Shown here one piece after another: positions 48,379 to 54,177 of a DNA stretch of 54,177 nt. Location of the stretch: NCBI GenBank assembly GCA_024275045.1, contig JAJRZX010000041.1, positions 1 to 54,177 on the forward strand. The letters run 5' to 3'. Every line of letters begins with the position of its first letter. The stretch's first letter is position 1. The notes beneath the pieces were generated by a model, which worked only from the letters and a program-made list of their open reading frames with translations, made no database searches and was not told the DNA's origin. Both the position numbers and the translations under genes were made by a program. The stretch comes from Deltaproteobacteria bacterium (GTDB lineage: Bacteria; Desulfobacterota; GWC2-55-46; JADFVP01).

Positions 48379-50415
48379 GTGAGAAATATTCTTAGATTCG
48401 CCGTAGATGTTTTGCTCTATGCCTTCACGGGCGGCTCAAAGCTCTTTTACATATGGCTTGGCTTTCTCTCTGTTCTGGCCCTGATGATGATTTACGGTTC
48501 CTACCTGCAGACCGTAAACGGCATGGTGGTTACCAACTACAACGACCAGGTCAGCTGGGGCATATACGAAGCGCAGTTTATCTTTCTTGTAGGTGTGGCC
48601 GCCGCCGCCGTGACGATAATCTTCCCGGCATATGTCTATAAACACAAGTATATGAAAAATCTTGTGATTATAGGCGAGCTGCTGGCCATCTCATCTATCT
48701 ACATGGTCCTGCTTTTTATCATGCTTCACATGGGCAGACCTGACAGGCTCTGGCACATGATGCCTATTGTGGGTATCTTTAATTTTCCAAACTCCATACT
48801 CGCATGGGACGTAATGGTAGTTAACGGCTACTTTTTTATCAATGTCACAGCCGCATTCTACTACCTCTATACAAAGTACCGGGGCAGGGAACTGAATATG
48901 ACCTTTTACAAACCCCTTGTCTACCTCTCCATTGTCTGGGCCGTCTCTATTCATACGGTTACGGCATTTCTCATAAGCACGCTGCCGGCCAGACCCATGT
49001 GGTACAACTCCATAATGCCCATAAAGTTTATAACCACGGCCTTTGCTGCCGGCCCGTCCATGATAATCATCGCCTTTCTTATCATCAGAAAGGTAACAAG
49101 GCTGAAGATCGAGGACAAGGCTATTGATATGCTCTCCCAGATTATAGCCTGGTCCTTAACTATAGTTATTTTTCTGGGGCTATCGGAGGTTGTTACAGAG
49201 CTCTATCATGTTACAGAGCACTCTTTCTCTCTGCAGTATCTGATATTCGGACATGAGAGTTTCAGAGGTCTGGTGCTGTGGTACAGGTCTGCCGTAATCC
49301 TGCTGCTCTTCTCTTTTGTGATATTTATTATTCCACAGCTCAGGAAGAGCCGTACCTTCTGGCTGCCCATCGCCTGCGTGGCCACATTCGTGGGTATCTG
49401 GATAGATAAGGGCATGGGCCTTGTGGTGCCTGCCTTCATACCAAGCCCTATCGGTGAGTTCTCGGAGTATACGCCTTCAATGATAGAGATAATCAATGTC
49501 CTTGGTGTCTGGGCAACGGGGTTATTTCTCTTTACCGTTATGACGAGGGTGGCCATAGGCATTGCCTCGGGGGATCTGAGACACCAGCCCAGGGAAATGT
49601 GGCGCCTCTCGTCTCAATGGAAGAGCAGGGGCAAGGCGCTGTATAAAAACCTTGTGGTGGCCGCTGTTCTTTTTTCTGCCGCCTGCTTTGCCTTGCCTGC
49701 GATAGCTACCGCTAAGCATGGAGACGCAGAGTCCATTGTGACTGAAGAGCCCTCGGAGTGTTTTGAGAGCAGAGAGGTCTACTCAACAAGGCAGAGAAGA
49801 GAGATAGCCCCCGGTGTCTCAAATATAAAGTGCTCGAAGACCACAGGGGCGGTGCTCTGGTTCGGAGACCCTTTTGACGGTACTGTGCCCATGGGAGATA
49901 TGCCCGTAGAGGGCGCCTACTCGCATGAAGAGGCGGTGATTAAGCCAAGGACAAAGCAGCTCCACTGGTACATGCCCTGTACCAGCTGCCACAATGGTGA
50001 GGCCGTTCCTTATCCCAAGAGTAAGGAGCCTCGTCTGCTCACCATGCACACTGATATAGTGGGCAACTCCCTGAGCCTGCAGCACGGCAGGGGGGCCATA
50101 TGGTGTCTGGATTGTCATAACGCCAGGAACAGGGATTACCTTATTGATCACCGCGGTAAGAAAATAAGTTTTAACCAGCCTCAGAGGCTCTGCGGAAAGT
50201 GTCACGGTCAGATCTACGGCGACTGGAGGCTGGGAATACACGGTAAAAGGATAGGCGAGTGGTCCAGCGGGGCCAAGAAGAGATGGTGGGTCTGTACGGA
50301 ATGTCATAACCCGCATCTGGTGCAGGTAAAGAGGTTTGAGCCCATTAAACCCGAGCCCAGACCGGATTACCCGCGTACAAGGACCAAGGCCGATTATGAG
50401 AACGGCAAACATTGA
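48379..50415 (+). CDS. NrfD/DsrP-family membrane subunit fused in frame to a tetraheme cytochrome c
   Basis: VSWGIY, HMGRPDRLWH, SILAWD, SIHTVTAF, WIDKGMG in about the first 400 aa; CTSCH, CLDCH, CGKCH and CTECH in the C-terminal part. Confidence 0.88.
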   Translation: MRNILRFAVDVLLYAFTGGSKLFYIWLGFLSVLALMMIYGSYLQTVNGMVVTNYNDQVSWGIYEAQFIFLVGVAAAAVTIIFPAYVYKHKYMKNLVIIGELLAISSIYMVLLFIMLHMGRPDRLWHMMPIVGIFNFPNSILAWDVMVVNGYFFINVTAAFYYLYTKYRGRELNMTFYKPLVYLSIVWAVSIHTVTAFLISTLPARPMWYNSIMPIKFITTAFAAGPSMIIIAFLIIRKVTRLKIEDKAIDMLSQIIAWSLTIVIFLGLSEVVTELYHVTEHSFSLQYLIFGHESFRGLVLWYRSAVILLLFSFVIFIIPQLRKSRTFWLPIACVATFVGIWIDKGMGLVVPAFIPSPIGEFSEYTPSMIEIINVLGVWATGLFLFTVMTRVAIGIASGDLRHQPREMWRLSSQWKSRGKALYKNLVVAAVLFSAACFALPAIATAKHGDAESIVTEEPSECFESREVYSTRQRREIAPGVSNIKCSKTTGAVLWFGDPFDGTVPMGDMPVEGAYSHEEAVIKPRTKQLHWYMPCTSCHNGEAVPYPKSKEPRLLTMHTDIVGNSLSLQHGRGAIWCLDCHNARNRDYLIDHRGKKISFNQPQRLCGKCHGQIYGDWRLGIHGKRIGEWSSGAKKRWWVCTECHNPHLVQVKRFEPIKPEPRPDYPRTRTKADYENGKH

Positions 50416-50634
50416 CCGCGCCTCCATATCGGGAAAGGGCTTCTTTGATTCCCCGGTTAAGAGGTGTATACGGTTGTGTGCTGTTTTTTGCGTGAAGGCC
50501 GTTATTTTCTAATACTTTCGTCTGATTGAGTTGTTTTCAAGACATGATTGACAGCTGACGGCTTAAGGTTATATCCGAACTTGCCGTCTCTGCTTCTCTG
50601 CATTTATGTATAACTCTTACATTTATATCCTGTG

Positions 50635-50681
50635 ATAACCCCAGAGGGCTCCGTGCAAACCGCGGAGCCCTCTGAGGTTAT
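50635..50681. repeat. Long stem-loop (19-bp stem, one mismatch)
   Basis: ATAACCCCAGAGGGCTCCG-TGCAAACCG-CGGAGCCCTCTGAGGTTAT. Confidence 0.75.
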
Positions 50682-50858
50682 ATGAACAAAGTCACTTCAC
50701 AAAGAGCGGGTATTCAGCTACACTATGAGCTGTTGAGGTGCGGGGTGAGACGGCTGTGAATCTTGGCACGGAAGACTAACTGTGGCTGCTGCGGGTTATC
50801 TGATTTCGCTAAAACGTCTAACGCCCCTTGAAATCGAGTATGAGGTCTTGAAAGTATT

Positions 50859-51932
50859 ATGAAAAAGAGCGGTTACAGGTTTTATGAGATTGATTTTTTG
50901 CGTTTTTTCGCAGCGCTCATGGTTGTATTTTTTCATTATACATTTAGAGGTTATGCCGCGGATAGCAAGTCTGTGCTGTATTTTCCCTACCTGGGAGAGG
51001 TATTTCGCTACGGATATCTTGGTGTCTCATTATTCTTCATGATTAGCGGTTATGTCATCCTCATGTCTGCCTATAACAAAAAAAGTTCGGAGTTCATTAT
51101 ATCCAGAATCGTCCGTTTGTATCCTGCCTATTGGTTTGCCGTTACACTTACATTTATCAGCATTATGGTTATTGGCGGCGTAAGATATCGTGCTGATCTA
51201 TACCAGTACATATTGAACCTCACAATGATGCACAGGTACATAGGCGTTACCTCGTTAGACGGTGTGTACTGGACGCTTATGGTTGAGATGAAGTTTTATC
51301 TCCTCATAGCCATTATTATTTTCATGAAGCAGATTCATAATATAAAGTCGTTTCTCGGTTTATGGATGGTCTTAACGCTTGTCCTCATAAAGTACAATAT
51401 CAGTTATCTGGGAATATTCTTAATTCCCGCGTCCAGTTCTCTTTTTATTGCAGGGGCGTATTTTTATCTCATATACAGAGAGGGGATAAGTCTGTACAAA
51501 GTATCCATAATCGCTGTCTCTTTTATTGTAACGGCTTACATTGGTTTATGGGAGATGCGAAGATTTTACATGCACTATCATGTGGTGCTGAATGCCTATG
51601 TGATTCTCTCAATAATAGCGTCATTTTATCTTATCTTTTTCATGATCGCTCTCAGGAAAACCCAATTTATCAATAGCAGAAAATTTGTTGTATTAGGGGT
51701 GCTGACATACCCTCTGTACTTAATTCACCAGAATATTGGTTTTATGATCTTTAATTATCTTGGTCCCTACGGGCTTAATAAATATGTGATACTCTCTCTG
51801 GTCTTGGCGCTTATGCTGGCAGCGGCGCATGTGATTCATAAGCAGATTGAGAAAAGATACTCAGCGCCTCTTGCCGGGTCTTTGTTTAAATTAGTAGGCG
51901 GAGCGAGTAAGGTTAGGGGCGGCACCGGCTGA
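50859..51932 (+). CDS. Acyltransferase-3 (OafA/YrhL) membrane O-acyltransferase
   Basis: IDFLRFFAALMVVFFHY, GVSLFFMISGYVI, SRIVRLYPAYW, WTLMVEMKFY, YPLYLIH. Confidence 0.92.
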   Translation: MKKSGYRFYEIDFLRFFAALMVVFFHYTFRGYAADSKSVLYFPYLGEVFRYGYLGVSLFFMISGYVILMSAYNKKSSEFIISRIVRLYPAYWFAVTLTFISIMVIGGVRYRADLYQYILNLTMMHRYIGVTSLDGVYWTLMVEMKFYLLIAIIIFMKQIHNIKSFLGLWMVLTLVLIKYNISYLGIFLIPASSSLFIAGAYFYLIYREGISLYKVSIIAVSFIVTAYIGLWEMRRFYMHYHVVLNAYVILSIIASFYLIFFMIALRKTQFINSRKFVVLGVLTYPLYLIHQNIGFMIFNYLGPYGLNKYVILSLVLALMLAAAHVIHKQIEKRYSAPLAGSLFKLVGGASKVRGGTG

Positions 51933-52296
51933 GCTGAAGAGGTATCCCTGAGGCCGAGGCAGTGTGTATATAGCCTGCGCTGCGTAATACCGCACTCATC
52001 CTGTATAAGAGTGTGAACGGGTTTTATACATATCTGCCATCTATTATCTATCGCATGTCTTTGTGTGGTTTTTTTAAGTCTGAAAGACCGTCACAAATAA
52101 GCTCTCTTTTTTTTCTTTATTGCTTCTTCGTACCCCCCCCCTATCTTAACTCAATTTTACACGTAACTTTTTTATACCTTGAATTCATCTGCCTGAGAAC
52201 CGCGCTCTTTTACGGCCCTGCGAAACGTCCCACGCTTACAGGGGGGTGAATTTTTGCGTCTTCAGGGGGTTAAGGATTGGATGTAAGGCGGGGAGC

Positions 52297-52312
52297 TGGC
52301 ATAATTTTTGCT
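52297..52312 (+). promoter_or_regulatory. Sigma54 (-24/-12) promoter upstream of the pilin genes
   Basis: TGGCATAATTTTTGCT with exact GG-N10-GC spacing, about 100 nt before the first prepilin. Confidence 0.75.
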
Positions 52313-52409
52313 ATTTATTAAAGTTTATGCGCTTGCCTGCGTAATAGTATTTAGGGGCTGAGTATTTAAAATTTTTAGAATAAAAGGGGTGAGAAGTTAA
52401 ATATTGTAA

Positions 52410-53006
52410 ATGGAGAGGATAATGTTACGGAATGAGAGAGGCTTTACCCTTGTGGAGCTTGCCATTGTGCTGGTCATAATCGGGCTGCTTCTGGGCGGAA
52501 TATTAAAAGGGCAGGAGCTTATCAAGAACGCGAGGATTAAGAAGGTTTACTCGGCGCAGAGCGAGGTTGTTGCCGCGCTTTATACCTATGTTGACAGGTA
52601 CGGAAAAGAGCCCGGTGATGACAACAGGGCAAGTGCCCGCTGGAACGGGGCGGTCAACGGCAACGATGACGGCAGGATAAATGTTCTTACTACCAACTGC
52701 GGCGGCAGCTCAAAGGATGAGTCCTGTCAGGCATGGCAGCACATGCGTCTTGCAGGCATACTTGCCGGAGACCCCAACGTGGCCATAAACCCAGATAACG
52801 CCTTTGGAGGTAAGATTGCCATAGGCCATCTTACAGTACAGGGACTCAACGCGCTCTGGGTGGGCATGACGAACATACCCTTTGATATTGCCCGCATACT
52901 TGATGATAAGTACGATGACGGCAATTATAAGACCGGGCCTATCAGGGGCTCAGGTGATTATACCTCTGCAAAGACCGGAACCTTTACGGTTTACTTTCAG
53001 TTTTAA
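52410..53006 (+). CDS. Prepilin-type (type IV pilin/T2SS pseudopilin) protein
   Basis: RG|FTLVELAIVLVIIGLLLGG class III signal with Glu at +5; start may be ATG 52422. Confidence 0.9.
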   Translation: MERIMLRNERGFTLVELAIVLVIIGLLLGGILKGQELIKNARIKKVYSAQSEVVAALYTYVDRYGKEPGDDNRASARWNGAVNGNDDGRINVLTTNCGGSSKDESCQAWQHMRLAGILAGDPNVAINPDNAFGGKIAIGHLTVQGLNALWVGMTNIPFDIARILDDKYDDGNYKTGPIRGSGDYTSAKTGTFTVYFQF

Positions 53007-53255
53007 GCAAAGCGGTTAAGGCATCCGGATTTAAAACAAAGGTGTGGCCTAAATACATGTGGCAAGGGTGATGGGGGTAGGGGTAGAGCTTAAGGTTGTA
53101 TAAGCGGTCTGGGCGGGTTGAGTCTGACCATAGTCTAAGGGCGGTAGTGGGAGAGAGACCAATGGCAAGTGATGAGTTTTTACCGGATGTATAAAATATT
53201 TCTCCGCGAATACGCAGTGTTTGTCTTTGGCAAGGGCAGGAAGTATGGGGGAATA

Positions 53256-54177
53256 ATGATTTTTAAGAATAATGACACAAGGGGGTTCACCCTTGTTGAG
53301 ATGGCCATAATACTGATGATACTCGGTGTTCTCGTAAGTGTGGGAGCAGGTATGATGGGAGCGCTTACAAAGAGGCTGAAACTTAATGAGACAAGAGAGG
53401 CCGTAAAGAACGCCTCAGAGAGTATTATTGGTTTTACAACGGTAAATAGAAGTATCCCAAAACCAGAAAAATTTACATCTGCTGTTACGGCTGCCAGAGA
53501 CTCATGGGCCAAGGCCCTTTATTATATTCCCGCCCCTTTTATTACAACGGACTCCATCTGCGGGAGAAAGACTACGGGGCTGGCTCTAAGTCTATGCCCC
53601 GACAAATCCTGTGCCGCACCAACTCAGACCATTGCTGACGTTGCTTATGTAATAATCAGCGGCGGAGAGAATTTTAATATTCAGACGGCCCTTACCCGTG
53701 GAGTTGTAAAGGTATACGATGTGGGCATTGGGCCTCTTGATGATTATGCCGCGGATATGAGCAGGAGTGAACCCTACGATGATGTGGTGAGGTGGAGTAC
53801 GTTATACGAGCTCAGGGTTAAGGCCGGGTGTACGGGGCAGCAGATGAGGATAATTAATAAAGACCTGCCATCGGCGGTTAATAAGGATAATTATTTTGCC
53901 GAGGTCTTTGCTGACGGTGGAGTGCCTTTTCTCACTGGCGGTAAGTACCGCTGGTGCGTGGAGACACGGGTACAGACAATTCATGCGCATACGGCTAAAA
54001 CGCCTGTAACTCCGGTGCAGGGCAAACCCACGAAGCATGGCAAGCAGCCGCACTATCACTCGACAAAACATCACACGACAAAACATCACACGACAAAACA
54101 TCACACGACCAAGGCATGGCTTAAGACAAAACCCTCGAAGATACTTGTGGATAAAAACTGTATGGGCCTTGCAGAGA
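53256..54177 (+). CDS. Large prepilin-type protein, 3'-truncated by window edge (not in ORF track)
   Basis: Hand translation MIFKNNDTRG|FTLVEMAIILMILGVLVSVG...; frame stays open to base 54177. Confidence 0.88.
   Translation, partial: MIFKNNDTRGFTLVEMAIILMILGVLVSVGAGMMGALTKRLKLNETREAVKNASESIIGFTTVNRSIPKPEKFTSAVTAARDSWAKALYYIPAPFITTDSICGRKTTGLALSLCPDKSCAAPTQTIADVAYVIISGGENFNIQTALTRGVVKVYDVGIGPLDDYAADMSRSEPYDDVVRWSTLYELRVKAGCTGQQMRIINKDLPSAVNKDNYFAEVFADGGVPFLTGGKYRWCVETRVQTIHAHTAKTPVTPVQGKPTKHGKQPHYHSTKHHTTKHHTTKHHTTKAWLKTKPSKILVDKNCMGLAE
54061..54109 (+). repeat. 15-bp in-frame tandem repeat encoding (TKHHT)n
   Basis: CGACAAAACATCACA x3 plus a partial copy; peptide HYHSTKHHTTKHHTTKHHTTK. Confidence 0.92.

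Noticed and set aside
47356-50415. DsrMKJOP or nitrite/polysulfide reductase assignment
   Set aside because: No dsrM/K, nrfA or Mo catalytic subunit adjacent; only family-level NrfC/NrfD calls are supportable.
50650-50730. c-di-GMP-I riboswitch suggested by GCAAACC
   Set aside because: The motif sits in the loop of an unrelated hairpin; the GNRA tetraloop/receptor and second stem are not evident.
52410-53006. Geobacter-type conductive e-pilin
   Set aside because: About 190 aa with a full globular head, unlike the short truncated e-pilins.
53140-53151. RfaH ops element GGCGGTAG between the pilin genes
   Set aside because: Lacks the nnTG ending (reads TGGG); an 8-bp match in G-rich DNA is not enough.
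53802-54104. Minus-strand ORF with MFCRV repeats
   Set aside because: Reverse reading of the 15-bp repeat inside the plus-strand prepilin gene.

Overview
Chromosomal window from a moderate-GC bacterium. Its gene style (PyrK/PyrD class 1B, signal-extended ATP synthase c subunit, Qrc/ACIII-type complex, DUF1858/DUF542 operon) suggests a Desulfobacterota/'deltaproteobacterial' lineage; this is inference only, as no rRNA marker is present. Housekeeping genes (recJ, rimI, pyrK/pyrD, rmuC, asd, truA, cobB, rsmD, coaD, aminotransferase, nadA, tRNA-Leu) are interleaved with a dense set of redox modules: (1) an Fe-S repair/NO-stress-type operon (nfu, a 2[4Fe-4S] ferredoxin missed by the ORF track, a His-containing membrane protein with a long disordered tail, a frameshifted DUF1858 gene, DUF542, mrp); (2) an O2-independent ubiquinone-type cluster ubiV-ubiK-like-ubiB-ubiE-ubiT with no ubiU in the window; (3) an alternative complex III operon with pentaheme ActA and a split ActB whose B1 half keeps the FS0 cysteine motif; (4) an orphan atpE with Lys at the position of the ion-coordinating Gln; (5) a Cyc2-type cytochrome-porin (candidate Fe(II) oxidase); (6) an FtrD-like polyferredoxin with an inserted YxGPERR motif; (7) a second NrfC/NrfD module whose NrfD is fused in frame to a tetraheme cytochrome; (8) prepilin-type genes behind a sigma54 motif, one with a His-rich tandem repeat. 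The best candidate for a new system is an Fe(II)-oxidation electron-transport chain (Cyc2, ACIII, NrfCD-tetraheme) coupled to anaerobically made ubiquinone in a probable non-Pseudomonadota host. REP-like and dispersed hairpin repeats also occur. All assignments come from motif recognition by eye; no searches were run.
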